A DNA stretch of 64,000 nucleotides. Origin: a virus. Lineage: Duplodnaviria; Caudoviricetes. Positions 29,616-40,407 of the stretch are shown here, in pieces (positions within the stretch are counted from its first letter, which is position 1; every line of letters starts with the position of its first letter). Location of the stretch: IMG/VR virus record IMGVR_UViG_3300028888_000134, positions 1,831 through 65,830 of that record; one strand, 5' to 3'. The position numbers and the translations under genes were made by a program. The notes under the pieces were generated by a model. It was not told where the DNA came from. It saw only the letters and a list, made by a program, of their open reading frames with translations, and made no database searches.

Positions 29616-30638
29616 ATGAAACGTACACGGAAACGCACCAAAAATGAATTAAGAAATATTATACATGAAAGTGTGTTAAGCATCATTAATGAAGCATTCA
29701 AATCAAGCGAATTAAGAAATTGGGCAAAACGTCATGGTGGTATAAAAAAGACATATGCTGATGAAGGTTATCCAAATACAAATGTCAGGCAGGATGCACT
29801 TGGTGATATAACAGATAACGATATAACATATTTTCAGGAATTTCCGTCATTTAACGAAGCGAATGAAAAAAGGCGTGAGTTAATGAGCGAAAAAACTGCA
29901 TATGGAAGACGCAGCAAGTATGATATGCAATCATACTTTACAATATACAGAGCAAAAGATGGAACTTGTGCTCTTGTTGGAATAAATAGAAAAAGTATCA
30001 AAACAGGTAGTACATGGGGTGGAGAGGTTTCACGGAAAGCAGCAGACAGATTTTGGAGAGATGAGCATTCTCCATTTCCTCATTGGCAAACAAATAGATA
30101 CACTGATGATAGAGATACTTACTACTATAGCAGAAAAGGACGAGATTTTGGTATGAGAACAAACCGTAATTTTCAAGGAAGAGCAAATGATAATAGAAAG
30201 ATAAGAAGCAGAATGAGTGATGAACAGTGGCAAGAGTATCAAAAAGCAAGATTGAAAGATATGGATGACTATTTAAATAGACATTACGGTAAGGGTATTT
30301 CAAAATCAAGAGTTAATGAAATCATCAATAAAACAGTAAAGAATATGTTGTTTGAATCTGATGAACAATGGGTTGTTTATAGAAAAGCAGAACAAATACT
30401 GGGACAACTTGGTTATGAAAAGTGGGGAAGTGATAGAAATAATCCTTATGTGTTAATCGTTAAAATCAATGGTTATCAAGATATTAATAGAATTGAGTCA
30501 ATTCTCTCAAGACGTTTAGGCGTAAGTGACCCAATGTCATTTTCAGTAAAATATGACAGCAATATGATTGGTAATGACCAACGTGCTGTAATACATTTAC
30601 CTTCATTTACTCATTTAAACGAAAACATTATAAATTAA
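29616..30638 (+). CDS. Putative head-internal polyprotein
   Basis: N-terminal ELRNIIHESVLSIINEA and internal VNEIINKTVKNMLFES motifs. Confidence 0.75.
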   Translation: MKRTRKRTKNELRNIIHESVLSIINEAFKSSELRNWAKRHGGIKKTYADEGYPNTNVRQDALGDITDNDITYFQEFPSFNEANEKRRELMSEKTAYGRRSKYDMQSYFTIYRAKDGTCALVGINRKSIKTGSTWGGEVSRKAADRFWRDEHSPFPHWQTNRYTDDRDTYYYSRKGRDFGMRTNRNFQGRANDNRKIRSRMSDEQWQEYQKARLKDMDDYLNRHYGKGISKSRVNEIINKTVKNMLFESDEQWVVYRKAEQILGQLGYEKWGSDRNNPYVLIVKINGYQDINRIESILSRRLGVSDPMSFSVKYDSNMIGNDQRAVIHLPSFTHLNENIIN

Positions 30639-30658
30639 ATAATTAAAGGAATAAAATT

Positions 30659-31987
30659 ATGAGAATATTAAAATCACCAAATGATTTTTTTGATTTGTTG
30701 GATAAAATAGGTAACAACAAATTTGTTGCAATAGGATATGTAACTGGTGCGAATCTTGATGTGCCAAAAGTAAAAAGGAAAAATCCATTGACCAATCGTA
30801 TGAAAAGTTACGATGATTACACCGTATTTAGTGCGGAAGGAGAAGATGAAATTGGCGCACTTGTTAAATTAACAAGTTATAATTTCAGATATACGAATAG
30901 AAAAACCGTTAGTAAAAACTATGGTAAATATAAGAATGACGTAAATGGCATAAGACAAGAATTTGGATTAGAGCCAATGCAAGACAGAAATAGTTACAAA
31001 CAAGCAAATAATTTTGGCGTAAATGGTATAGAAAACTATAGTGGTGAAAATGAAAAACTGTTTGGCCATACATATAATCCCCAAAATATATACGGAGCAA
31101 GACATCCAAGTATTACATATGCTGTGAACAAAGAAGGAAGAATTATTAAAGCATTAACAGAGGAACAAATTCTGCCATATTTAAAGAAGAAAAATCAAGA
31201 ACCCTCTGGTGTAAAGGCTTTAAGGGAAATGAATGTAGAAGAAAAAGTTATTGCACAATATATACAAAAAATCAAAGACCTTAAATTTAAGTATATTAAT
31301 TTTGAGAGTGATTCAATTCTTTACATGGCAGCAACAGTTGATGGGGAGAAAATTGCGTACATTAATGATAACTTAAAGAGAATCATTAATGAAATTAATA
31401 TTCAGCCGCAAGATTTTGTTAAAATTGCACGTGAAAGATATCAAATTGATGTTAATAATCTTCAAGAAACATATAATCGAATGATAAAAAAAGTTATACA
31501 TTTAAAGGAAAGTGATTTGAGACATATGGTATATGAAACTGTAGCAAGAATCTTAAATGAAGGTCGCAATGCACATCGTTATAGTTATATTTCTCATAAT
31601 GGAAATGGCATGATTGGCGGAAAATGGGAAAGTTGGGAAATAAATGGAAGTGGAAACATATTGAAAAAGTTTATTCAAAATCTTGAACGAAGGATTGGCA
31701 ACAATGAAGAACTTGATAATTTCATAGATTATTGTTATGATAATGAAGATGTATTTGATGTTTATGCCAATATTTCAGGTTCATATGATGAATCTAGTGG
31801 TTATGGAAGTACCTATATGCCATTATATCAGATTGAAGAAATTGAAGATACTTCCGATATGGAAGAATATGTAATGAACTATCCATCTAATAAAGGATTT
31901 AAACAAGTAGTTTTAAAAATTCTTGATGATACGTTAAATTCATTGGATGTTGATGATTTTAATGTTGATGAAGAAAGTGAATGGTAA
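30659..31987 (+). CDS. Putative head-internal polyprotein
   Basis: Internal KKVIHLKESDLRHMVYETVARILNEG separates a basic N-domain from an acidic C-domain. Confidence 0.75.
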   Translation: MRILKSPNDFFDLLDKIGNNKFVAIGYVTGANLDVPKVKRKNPLTNRMKSYDDYTVFSAEGEDEIGALVKLTSYNFRYTNRKTVSKNYGKYKNDVNGIRQEFGLEPMQDRNSYKQANNFGVNGIENYSGENEKLFGHTYNPQNIYGARHPSITYAVNKEGRIIKALTEEQILPYLKKKNQEPSGVKALREMNVEEKVIAQYIQKIKDLKFKYINFESDSILYMAATVDGEKIAYINDNLKRIINEINIQPQDFVKIARERYQIDVNNLQETYNRMIKKVIHLKESDLRHMVYETVARILNEGRNAHRYSYISHNGNGMIGGKWESWEINGSGNILKKFIQNLERRIGNNEELDNFIDYCYDNEDVFDVYANISGSYDESSGYGSTYMPLYQIEEIEDTSDMEEYVMNYPSNKGFKQVVLKILDDTLNSLDVDDFNVDEESEW

Positions 31988-32030
31988 AAGAACTATATAA
32001 CGGTTGTCATCGAATTGGGTTAAATAGCAT

Positions 32031-32064
32031 AAAAATGGGGAAAATCATTTTATTCCCCATTTTT
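32031..32064. terminator. Bidirectional terminator
   Basis: aaaaatggggaa / ttccccattttt perfect 12-bp stem between convergent genes. Confidence 0.8.
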
Positions 32065-32091
32065 GTTATTTTTTAAATAAAAAGTGTTCTT

Positions 32092-33528
32092 TTAGACTAA
32101 ATTATCAGTAACATCGTTTATTATATCAAATTGTAAAATTTTTGGATGATTAATTAATTCCATGTTTCTGTGAATTCTTAAATCAAGATAATATCTTGAA
32201 GGAATTAGTTCATTTGTATTAATTAGGAGATAGTTTTCATTATATGCTCTTTCTGCTTTTGTCCAAGAAATGACATCATATTGTTTTAAGCCTTCCATTA
32301 CATATAATCTATAATCAATTCCTTCGGCAGATAAAACTTGCTGATTTGTGGTGTATGGGATTCTGCATTCTATGTTTATTTTTCTTATATCACCTCTTTT
32401 TATTTGTTCATGGTCATCAATTCCGTATATGGAAGGAATAAATTCAGTGTCTTCGTTTTGCTTCGGTAATCCAAAGTTGAAATAATCAGTTTCAGATTTT
32501 GTTACAAATGATAATTCAACGTCTTTTATTTGCTTTCCGTTGTATTTTAAATTTGACCAAACATCATATAACATTGTATCACTTTCATATTCTTCTGAAG
32601 AAAGATTAACATCAACATAATAAACACCCTTTGTGGCTTGTTTAGAAGCGTTCTGTGAGCCGTTTATGGTACAGGTGGGTAACTCATCCAAATTGACGTA
32701 TTTATTGCCTACAACAGCGTAAAAATACAATTTATTGTCTTTGTCAAGATAGAAATTTGTCCTATCATCCTCTATTGTTTCATTATATGTTGTTTCGATG
32801 TATGGTTCAAAGAAAGAATGTGTGTGTTGTGTGAAAAATCCAACATATTGTGTTTTTTTCTCCTCAATATTTTCATAAGATGGTGAGAATGCAATCCCAA
32901 TACCATAATTTGTCAAATCATTTGTGATGAATTTATTGAATGTATCAGTAATATCCAATTCAATGTGCTCATTACCGAAATCAAAATGTTGATAACCTAT
33001 TATTTTGCTTGAAAGATTCCCTTTTTTTGATGTGAATAAGTCAAATTCCTTTGATAAAGTATCATTTGAATATATTCCTTCTTCATCCCATTTAAGATAA
33101 TTTCTATATTGATACCAGTTTGATGATTCATTTGAAAATGCAATGTGTTCTCCTTTGTGCATATCTTTAACATAGTCGAAACCTTTTCCACAATCCCAAT
33201 CCTTATTAATTATAAAGAATATCAAATCGAATGATGTTGCACGTTCTTTGTAATCATTATAAATTATGTCGGTACATGGTCGGTGAATGTCTGGTTTGTT
33301 TAAAGATGCCGTGTTTGTCATTTTAAGTGTATGTTTCAATTTAGACAAAGACGGATATGTTTTGTCTTCAACTAACTTTTGTACTTTGGTGTGGTCAAAA
33401 TAAATCATTCCACGTGAAACTGATTTTCCATAATCAATGCTCATTATTGGATTTAGCCCAAGATTTGTACAACTATCTTTATAAATTGTGTTTGATTTGG
33501 AAATATATGTTTTAGTAACAATTGCCAT
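32092..33528 (-). CDS. Putative virion structural protein (baseplate region)
   Basis: 478 aa next to the spike gene; TATTTATA on the minus strand at 33551-33558. Confidence 0.55.
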   Translation of the reverse strand: MAIVTKTYISKSNTIYKDSCTNLGLNPIMSIDYGKSVSRGMIYFDHTKVQKLVEDKTYPSLSKLKHTLKMTNTASLNKPDIHRPCTDIIYNDYKERATSFDLIFFIINKDWDCGKGFDYVKDMHKGEHIAFSNESSNWYQYRNYLKWDEEGIYSNDTLSKEFDLFTSKKGNLSSKIIGYQHFDFGNEHIELDITDTFNKFITNDLTNYGIGIAFSPSYENIEEKKTQYVGFFTQHTHSFFEPYIETTYNETIEDDRTNFYLDKDNKLYFYAVVGNKYVNLDELPTCTINGSQNASKQATKGVYYVDVNLSSEEYESDTMLYDVWSNLKYNGKQIKDVELSFVTKSETDYFNFGLPKQNEDTEFIPSIYGIDDHEQIKRGDIRKINIECRIPYTTNQQVLSAEGIDYRLYVMEGLKQYDVISWTKAERAYNENYLLINTNELIPSRYYLDLRIHRNMELINHPKILQFDIINDVTDNLV

Positions 33529-33579
33529 TTTTGAAAAAAGTTTATTTACATATAAATATGTATTATAATTTCATTTTAA

Positions 33580-33617
33580 TAAAAATGCATCGTTTTAATA
33601 TATATTAAAATGATGCA
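33580..33617 (-). terminator. Intrinsic terminator
   Basis: tgcatcgttttaa / ttaaaatgatgca stem, followed by TTTTT on the minus strand. Confidence 0.7.
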
Positions 33618-33626
33618 AAATGAGTT

Positions 33627-34535
33627 TTAATTAATTCTTATTGAGGTTGATAGCATTTCATCAAGATTTGTTTTCAAAACATTATCTTGTGGTGTTGTAA
33701 AACACGGAGGATCCATTGAGAATTTATGTGTATGTGTCCTTATGACTTCTATTAGTTGTTTTAAGAAATCAATTAATTTGTCACCATATGGTAATGGGTG
33801 TGCTTTTTCAATTATTTTAAGAAGTTCCTCGTCAGTTATTAAAGAATCTGGGTCATTTAATGCAAATGGTGTTCTTGAATCATGTGACAAAAGATTAATT
33901 CTATCAGCAACAACGTTTATCGTTGAGTAAAATGTACGATTATTGATAGTATCTTTATAATATTTGTATTTCATTTGGATGTATGCCAAGTCCTCTCTAT
34001 TGAATACTAATGAGTTGTAGATAGTATCATATAAAGGGTCTACTCTACCCATTTTATCTCTATTAAGTCTGCCAATAGGCATTTTAAATCCGCATCTTAA
34101 TCTTACTTCATCTTTTTTAAGAATTAAATCCGCATTATCTCTTCCTTGTATTGCCACATCTTCTCTTTCTGGACAAGTTCCATTATTGTCAGGATTTAAT
34201 GACGGATTGCGAAATGCCTTTGTTATTGTTCCTTTTTCAAGCAGTGATTGAGCAGATAGATATGATTCGTTTGCAAGTCCATATTGTTGTGAAATAATTG
34301 GCCCAATGAACCATCTGTGACTATTTGCAATTTCAAGTTTGCTTGTTATAATCAGAACCATTTCACCTTGTTTTGGATTAATGTGGAAATGTCTTGGTAA
34401 GAGTGGATAGCACCAAGGAATGTTTTCAAGTGATTTACCGTTATCTTCTGGGTCTAGTTTTACTTTAATTCTAAGGCCGTCTTGTTCATCATATACTGAT
34501 ATAACTTCACATTCTCTAAAAATTCTTTCTTTCAT
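33627..34535 (-). CDS. Baseplate central spike (gp5/VgrG-like OB fold)
   Basis: N-terminal VISVYDEQDGLRIKV...PWCYPLLP...PKQGEMVLI and C-terminal THTH metal-binding motif. Confidence 0.7.
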   Translation of the reverse strand: MKERIFRECEVISVYDEQDGLRIKVKLDPEDNGKSLENIPWCYPLLPRHFHINPKQGEMVLIITSKLEIANSHRWFIGPIISQQYGLANESYLSAQSLLEKGTITKAFRNPSLNPDNNGTCPEREDVAIQGRDNADLILKKDEVRLRCGFKMPIGRLNRDKMGRVDPLYDTIYNSLVFNREDLAYIQMKYKYYKDTINNRTFYSTINVVADRINLLSHDSRTPFALNDPDSLITDEELLKIIEKAHPLPYGDKLIDFLKQLIEVIRTHTHKFSMDPPCFTTPQDNVLKTNLDEMLSTSIRIN

Positions 34536-34536
34536 A

Positions 34537-34935
34537 TTATTGCATAATACCTTTTATTGTCATTGCGATTGTGTTCAATGAATTTACAACCACAGGGCCC
34601 GATGCACTTGCACCAGTTCCTACGCTGTTTATTGTATAAGGTTGTATTGCACAAGTTATTAGTGCATTGTCTTTAAACTCTTTAACAATTTCTTCTGAAA
34701 TAATTCTAACAAATTGATTTATCTTGTTTGCTGAACCGTCAGGATTTGTGCCTGTTTCTATTCCTGCTTCTGGTAATCTTCTTATAATTGAACTTGAGAG
34801 TGCGATTGCTGAAAGACCTGGTCTTGATTGCACTTCACATAACAATAAAAGTGGTGGAATCACAGTTTTTAAATTTGGTCTTGCTGAATCAAATGCTCTT
34901 TCAATGCCTGTTGCTATTTTATTTATCCAACTCAT
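34537..34935 (-). CDS. Hypothetical protein (baseplate operon)
   Basis: 132 aa, tightly coupled to the spike gene. Confidence 0.7.
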   Translation of the reverse strand: MSWINKIATGIERAFDSARPNLKTVIPPLLLLCEVQSRPGLSAIALSSSIIRRLPEAGIETGTNPDGSANKINQFVRIISEEIVKEFKDNALITCAIQPYTINSVGTGASASGPVVVNSLNTIAMTIKGIMQ

Positions 34936-34959
34936 TTTGATTTAATTTTAAATTTGTTA

Positions 34960-37185
34960 TTAACATTCCGAATCTTTCGGTGATGTTTCACTTGGAAGTA
35001 TGTCTGCATAATCAACGGAATCAATATTGAAATCTATTGTATACCCATTTTGTTTTCTGAACCTGAAGCTATCTATCAATTTCTTTAATAGCCTTTGCCA
35101 ATATAATACTTGTTCAATATTTAATTTAAATGATATTTCCTTGACCAAATCATTAATAATGACCATAAGTTCTTTTGTTATATAGTCAATAATAATGTCA
35201 CGTATTGACCGTATAATGTCAGCAATCAACTGTCTGTATTGTAATAAAAATCCTTCAAGGTTGAAATTTGTTTCTCTGCCTATAATTTTAAGGTTTATTA
35301 ACAACAGAAGATAGACTTTTGGTGACAATACAGCCATTGTTATGACTTCTGCAAGACTGTTTAATATATTTTCAATAAAATTGATTTCTACGCCGTAATT
35401 TTCACTTTTTCCGTGAGTAAAATTGTGCCATTCACCTGTGTTATCCTCATGAGAATATTCCACACTTGACAATTCCTTGCTTAATTCAGTTATTGAGCCA
35501 CTTATTATTGATTGCACTGTTTCCTTGTCAGTATCCTTGTTGATTTCATTCAGTTTTGAGAATATTTTTTCCACATCAATTTTCACGGCACTTGTTTCGT
35601 CACCGTTAATTGTCAATAAACCTGCCTTTCTCAATTCCGCTTTTCTTGACATCTCATCATAATCCTTGTTTGAAAATGCGAAAAAACAATCCGATATGAC
35701 AACATCATCCGTTTCTGTTATCATTTGCACCATTTTTTTGACTTCATTCTTTATAAGTTGTGTTTTGTATGACAAATGCAAGTCAATTATAAGTGATGCG
35801 GTCATACAATCCAAAAGTCTTGCTGCAAGTGATTTTGCATCAAACAAATCAAGGGATGTTATATAGTCAATATTGAATTGTATAAGACTTTTGCCGTGGT
35901 AATAATTCCTTATCCCATTACTTGTCATAAAAGGAAAATACTGTGTTGTAGTATCATTTAATGTATCTTTTATTCCTTGAATAGCATAGTTTAATTTTGC
36001 TTTTGATTGATATGATAATTCTTTTTTTTCTTTTATTCTTTCAATTTCTTTTTCTAATTTTTTTATTTTTGAGGTATATTTGTTATATTCTTTTTGTAAA
36101 TCCTTTTCTGATGTGTATTTTTTTTCATAAAGTTTTGACCTTTCGGTTGATAGATTTTCTATTTCGATTGTTTTTTCTTGTATTTTTGCATTATATCTTT
36201 CTATTTTTTTATCTTCTTGTTGTAATCCATTTTCTTTTTTTGTTAGATTTTCAATCGAATTGTCTGTAATTTTTTCTCTTGTATCACCTATGAATACATG
36301 AAGACAATTTTGATGTGGCGTTTGCAGTGAGTATTTCTGTCCATATGCATCTTTCATTGATGTTGGCTTTTTATGATATTCAAGTGTTATGATACCATCT
36401 TCTTTCTTTAATTTTGCAACATCTTTAAGTTTCTTTTGAACAATTTTTAATTCTTTAGTTATTATTTTTTCTTCTTGTTCATTTGCATTTGCTAATGCAT
36501 CTTTATATTGTCTAACTAACTCTTCTAAATTATGTTTGATTTCATCAATTTTTTCTTCATTATCAGGATAATCATATCTAAATTCAGGTCCTTTTCTGTA
36601 TTTTTTTGGCTTCCATACGTATCTTTTTGATGCTTTATTTATCATAAACCATATTAAACAATTTAAATCATCTGATTTAATCAAGTCATCTGGCGTACCA
36701 GTTATAATTCCTCTTTTTAATTTTTTTCCTGTATTAGCATCTATACCTTTCAACTTAATCTCATAATTTCCTGTGTCAAAATAAAAATATTTTCCGATTT
36801 CGTCATCAAAAGGTGAGTATTTCAAAATGTCGGCAATATCTATTTCAGAGATGTTTAATACAATTCCTTCACGCAGTATTTCATCTGTTATGAATGGATT
36901 TACGGAACAAGAAATTATATCTTTTAATTTTGTTATCAACACTGTTTTTACTCCTGCTTCTATTACTGGCAGATTTAATGCTATAATTTTTGAAACAATA
37001 TCAATCATAACATTATATCCTGCTGTTCTTTTGAACAAATCCATCAAGAATGGCAATGGATTCATGGAACTATCAATTGACAAACTGACATCAGTTTGTT
37101 CCAAATCGGGAAATTTATTGATAATTGCCAATGCACTATCAATAATAGCCAATGTGTCTTTCTTAGTGTCTTTTATTTTTGCCAT
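34960..37185 (-). CDS. Large hypothetical protein with coiled-coil inserts
   Basis: 741-aa ORF with Lys/Glu-rich helical segments. Confidence 0.75.
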   Translation of the reverse strand: MAKIKDTKKDTLAIIDSALAIINKFPDLEQTDVSLSIDSSMNPLPFLMDLFKRTAGYNVMIDIVSKIIALNLPVIEAGVKTVLITKLKDIISCSVNPFITDEILREGIVLNISEIDIADILKYSPFDDEIGKYFYFDTGNYEIKLKGIDANTGKKLKRGIITGTPDDLIKSDDLNCLIWFMINKASKRYVWKPKKYRKGPEFRYDYPDNEEKIDEIKHNLEELVRQYKDALANANEQEEKIITKELKIVQKKLKDVAKLKKEDGIITLEYHKKPTSMKDAYGQKYSLQTPHQNCLHVFIGDTREKITDNSIENLTKKENGLQQEDKKIERYNAKIQEKTIEIENLSTERSKLYEKKYTSEKDLQKEYNKYTSKIKKLEKEIERIKEKKELSYQSKAKLNYAIQGIKDTLNDTTTQYFPFMTSNGIRNYYHGKSLIQFNIDYITSLDLFDAKSLAARLLDCMTASLIIDLHLSYKTQLIKNEVKKMVQMITETDDVVISDCFFAFSNKDYDEMSRKAELRKAGLLTINGDETSAVKIDVEKIFSKLNEINKDTDKETVQSIISGSITELSKELSSVEYSHEDNTGEWHNFTHGKSENYGVEINFIENILNSLAEVITMAVLSPKVYLLLLINLKIIGRETNFNLEGFLLQYRQLIADIIRSIRDIIIDYITKELMVIINDLVKEISFKLNIEQVLYWQRLLKKLIDSFRFRKQNGYTIDFNIDSVDYADILPSETSPKDSEC

Positions 37186-37186
37186 T

Positions 37187-37585
37187 TTATTTCAATTGAT
37201 ATTTTTCTATTTCTTCTTTGTTGTCATCACTTGTATCACTTAAAACGTTTTGCAGTGCTTGCCAGTCAGGTATTTGTCCTTCAGTTACAGCCAATTTAAC
37301 ATTGCCGTTGTATTTTAGTATTTCAGACATTAGTTTTGCAATATCAAGTTTTCTTCCTATTGCCTTGTCCTTATTGCTTATGTAATCATTCATTGCTTTT
37401 GCATATTTTGCCTTTGCATCGGTGATTTCTTCATTTAATTGAACAGAATTAGACAATTTGTTCATTTCATTTTGTATCTCAACAATGTTCTTGTCTGCCT
37501 CATCATATAGTTCTTGAAGCAGTTCTTCTATTTTTTCAACTGAATTGAGTTTCAGTTTGTATCTTTTTGAAATTTTGTTTGCCAT
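37187..37585 (-). CDS. Hypothetical coiled-coil protein
   Basis: 132-aa ORF coupled to the downstream gene. Confidence 0.7.
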   Translation of the reverse strand: MANKISKRYKLKLNSVEKIEELLQELYDEADKNIVEIQNEMNKLSNSVQLNEEITDAKAKYAKAMNDYISNKDKAIGRKLDIAKLMSEILKYNGNVKLAVTEGQIPDWQALQNVLSDTSDDNKEEIEKYQLK

Positions 37586-37616
37586 TGCTTTTTATTAAAA
37601 TAAATCCTAACTATAA

Positions 37617-38423
37617 TTATTCATTAATCAGATTTTCCTTTGTGAACAAATATAGTTCTTTGAATTTTTTCATTCCTTCCCTTATTTCTTTAGTGGAAAG
37701 GTCTGTATAATCCCTTATGAACTGTAGCACACAGGACTTATTGAATTTTCGGCTACCCATATATTTGAAAATATCTTCCCAGTTCATCATCATTTCCAAC
37801 AATGCATTACCTATTTTAATTTCAATTTCGTCAAGTGTGTTTTGATTTTCAGGTAATAGTATTTCTTGAAGTTGAGAAATTGTATTGTTAATTAATTCAT
37901 TATTGAATTCCATTAAGTTTTTGTTCTGATTAACATCAAGTCTGTTGTCATTCTCATTATTTGGGAATAACAAATCATATGACACTTGTTTTTGTATTTT
38001 CTTTGAATACTGTGTTCTTTTGAAGATTAAATAATTTTTACAAACAGTTCCGCAATATGAATATGCTTTATAATTTTTTGATGGGTCAAAATTATTAATT
38101 TTTGTTATGAGAAATGACATCGTGTCAAAGAAAGTTTCTTCAAAATCTTCATCAGGTGTAAAAAGTTTATATCGTCTAATGATACTTTCTATCATTTTGG
38201 AAAAAGGATAATACAATTTTTGAGCAAATATTTTATCTCTGAAATTTTTGTCTGTACTTGTCACATATTCAACAAAAGCTTTTTCCTCTTCCTCTCCGAA
38301 ATACACTTTTTTCTTTGATGAACCAGGTTTTCTTCCTCTTTTTTTCGGTACATTATCAGAAACAGTAGAATTGTTGGCTTCTACTGTTTCATTTGTTGGT
38401 TTTTGTTCTTTTTCTTCAATCAT
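37617..38423 (-). CDS. RNA polymerase sigma factor (gp55-like late sigma, putative)
   Basis: Sigma region-2-like FDPSKNYKAYSYCGTVCKNYLI, preceded by KLYYPFSKMIESII. Confidence 0.65.
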   Translation of the reverse strand: MIEEKEQKPTNETVEANNSTVSDNVPKKRGRKPGSSKKKVYFGEEEEKAFVEYVTSTDKNFRDKIFAQKLYYPFSKMIESIIRRYKLFTPDEDFEETFFDTMSFLITKINNFDPSKNYKAYSYCGTVCKNYLIFKRTQYSKKIQKQVSYDLLFPNNENDNRLDVNQNKNLMEFNNELINNTISQLQEILLPENQNTLDEIEIKIGNALLEMMMNWEDIFKYMGSRKFNKSCVLQFIRDYTDLSTKEIREGMKKFKELYLFTKENLINE

Positions 38424-38444
38424 TGTGAATTAACATTGGAAAAA

Positions 38445-39251
38445 TTATTTTAGTTGTTCGTTCTTAATTTTCTCAATATTTGTTTTTCTGTCTTCGGTGA
38501 ATACACATTCTATTTTTGCCAAGTCAAACCATTTCAAGATATCTTCATTTGAAAGTGTCTTATTGTATTCATCTGTCAGACTGTCTTCACGCCCAATAAC
38601 ATGTGTGTATCCCTCTTTTGGAACAACATATACCTTTAATTCTTTTTTTGTCATTCTAAGAAGTAATTCATAGTTGAATGCCACTTTTATTGACGGTTTG
38701 AAGCCACCTATTTTTTTGAAGTCATCTGTATTGAAAATGCCACCTGTTAAATTGAATGATGAATAATCCTGAAGACAATCAAAGTCTAAGAAACCAATTT
38801 CATTTGAAAAAGAACCAGACCATGCAATTTCATTTACATATTGAAATTGCTTATGCTCAAAATTTGTTAATATGTTTATTGGTAAAAACAGACTTACACT
38901 TTCATTGGTAAAATAGTAATCATGTGCCATTTTAAACCAATTGTCTGTATATGTGTCATCAAATTCAAGTATTGAAAAGTATTCGGTTTCAACACTGTTA
39001 TTGACTGCAAAGTTTACTTGCGAACAAAAATCAATGTTTTTACTGTAGTTTCTACATGCATGATAAAATTCTTCTCCTAAAATTTCCCCAATTTCTTCAA
39101 GAACTTCATTTGGTCCAACCAATAATGGTATAAGTTTCCCAAATGTGTATGATTCTTGGTTTTTCTTTATGCTTTCAAACGCTTTATTTAATAAATCCTT
39201 GATTTGTTCATTATATTTGTGAACTGGTATGATGATTGTAATATCGTTCAT
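38445..39251 (-). CDS. Glycosyltransferase family 2
   Basis: ITIIIPVH N-strand, ILEFDD DxD-like motif, YELLLRM. Confidence 0.8.
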   Translation of the reverse strand: MNDITIIIPVHKYNEQIKDLLNKAFESIKKNQESYTFGKLIPLLVGPNEVLEEIGEILGEEFYHACRNYSKNIDFCSQVNFAVNNSVETEYFSILEFDDTYTDNWFKMAHDYYFTNESVSLFLPINILTNFEHKQFQYVNEIAWSGSFSNEIGFLDFDCLQDYSSFNLTGGIFNTDDFKKIGGFKPSIKVAFNYELLLRMTKKELKVYVVPKEGYTHVIGREDSLTDEYNKTLSNEDILKWFDLAKIECVFTEDRKTNIEKIKNEQLK

Positions 39252-39258
39252 TTTGTTT

Positions 39259-40407
39259 TTATTTTTTACAATTTATTGTGTTTTTCACATCTTTGAATTC
39301 ATTGATTCTTTCATCAATATATTCTTTGATGATTTTGTCAACATTTTTAGAATACTCATCAAATGTATATAATTTATTAAGTTCATCCATATTATTATAC
39401 AATTCGGATGGTATTTTATCTTGCATCCAAGACCCCAACACACGTGACAATATATCTGGTATGAGGTTTATGTCATATGTCCATACACCGTTGTCAAACA
39501 AACCATTTTCATCACCCATCCATTCTGTAAGATGTTCAGGAACTTTTCCTATTACAATATTGCCACATCGAATTGCTTCTATTGCAGAATACCCGAAAGG
39601 TGTTTCATTGTCAATCCATATTGTGATTGCTGATTCTTGTAAAAACTCTGCGAATTTTTCTTTTGGGTAGCCACGTAAATCTCTGAATGAAATAAACTTG
39701 TACATTGGGTATTTCCAATAGAACTGTTTCATTATTTTATTTACATTTTCCGTGTGTTTTGATATTATATTCACGATAAGTTTCTTCGGTTTGATTGGTT
39801 TTCTGAAACAATCAGAAATATACGGTGACAATACTTTTGGTCTGACATAAGGGAAAACGTTTTTAATTAACTTTGAATGATAATCAGTGTTTGTTATGAC
39901 ATTACAGATACCATATGTTCCCCACTCATCATTGAAAGGTATGAATTCCGTTAGATAATCATAATTGTTCAATATTGCAATTCTTTTGCAAGGTGCTTTG
40001 TATTGATAAGTCTGTTTCATAAGGCTTGAAAATACCTCTGGTATGAATAAGAAATCAGAAGGTCCTACTTTCCATTCTTCCTTTGAGATATTCATATGTG
40101 GCAACTCCATGAATTGCATTCCAAGCCATTCACCAACGCCAGTGAATATACGTGACTCATCAATGGGCTTCTCTTTTCTCTTTAAATCTTCAAGTTCTTC
40201 TTTTGTATACTCATTTTCCAACTGATAAAGCATTTTAATTTTATAATTTTTGTCTTTCAATGCTTTTGCTAATTGATAAATGTATTGTATGCTTCCATTT
40301 GGAACGTTTTTACAGTCAACAACAAAAAAATAAAAGGTAAAGTTGTTGGTTTCTAGATTATTTATTGCCTCATCTATACGTTCAATTGCTTTTTTGTCAT
40401 CTGTCAT
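39259..40407 (-). CDS. GT-B fold (GT4-like) glycosyltransferase
   Basis: C-terminal ETPFGYSAIEAIRCGNIVIG matches the ExFG...EA..G signature. Confidence 0.7.
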   Translation of the reverse strand: MTDDKKAIERIDEAINNLETNNFTFYFFVVDCKNVPNGSIQYIYQLAKALKDKNYKIKMLYQLENEYTKEELEDLKRKEKPIDESRIFTGVGEWLGMQFMELPHMNISKEEWKVGPSDFLFIPEVFSSLMKQTYQYKAPCKRIAILNNYDYLTEFIPFNDEWGTYGICNVITNTDYHSKLIKNVFPYVRPKVLSPYISDCFRKPIKPKKLIVNIISKHTENVNKIMKQFYWKYPMYKFISFRDLRGYPKEKFAEFLQESAITIWIDNETPFGYSAIEAIRCGNIVIGKVPEHLTEWMGDENGLFDNGVWTYDINLIPDILSRVLGSWMQDKIPSELYNNMDELNKLYTFDEYSKNVDKIIKEYIDERINEFKDVKNTINCKK

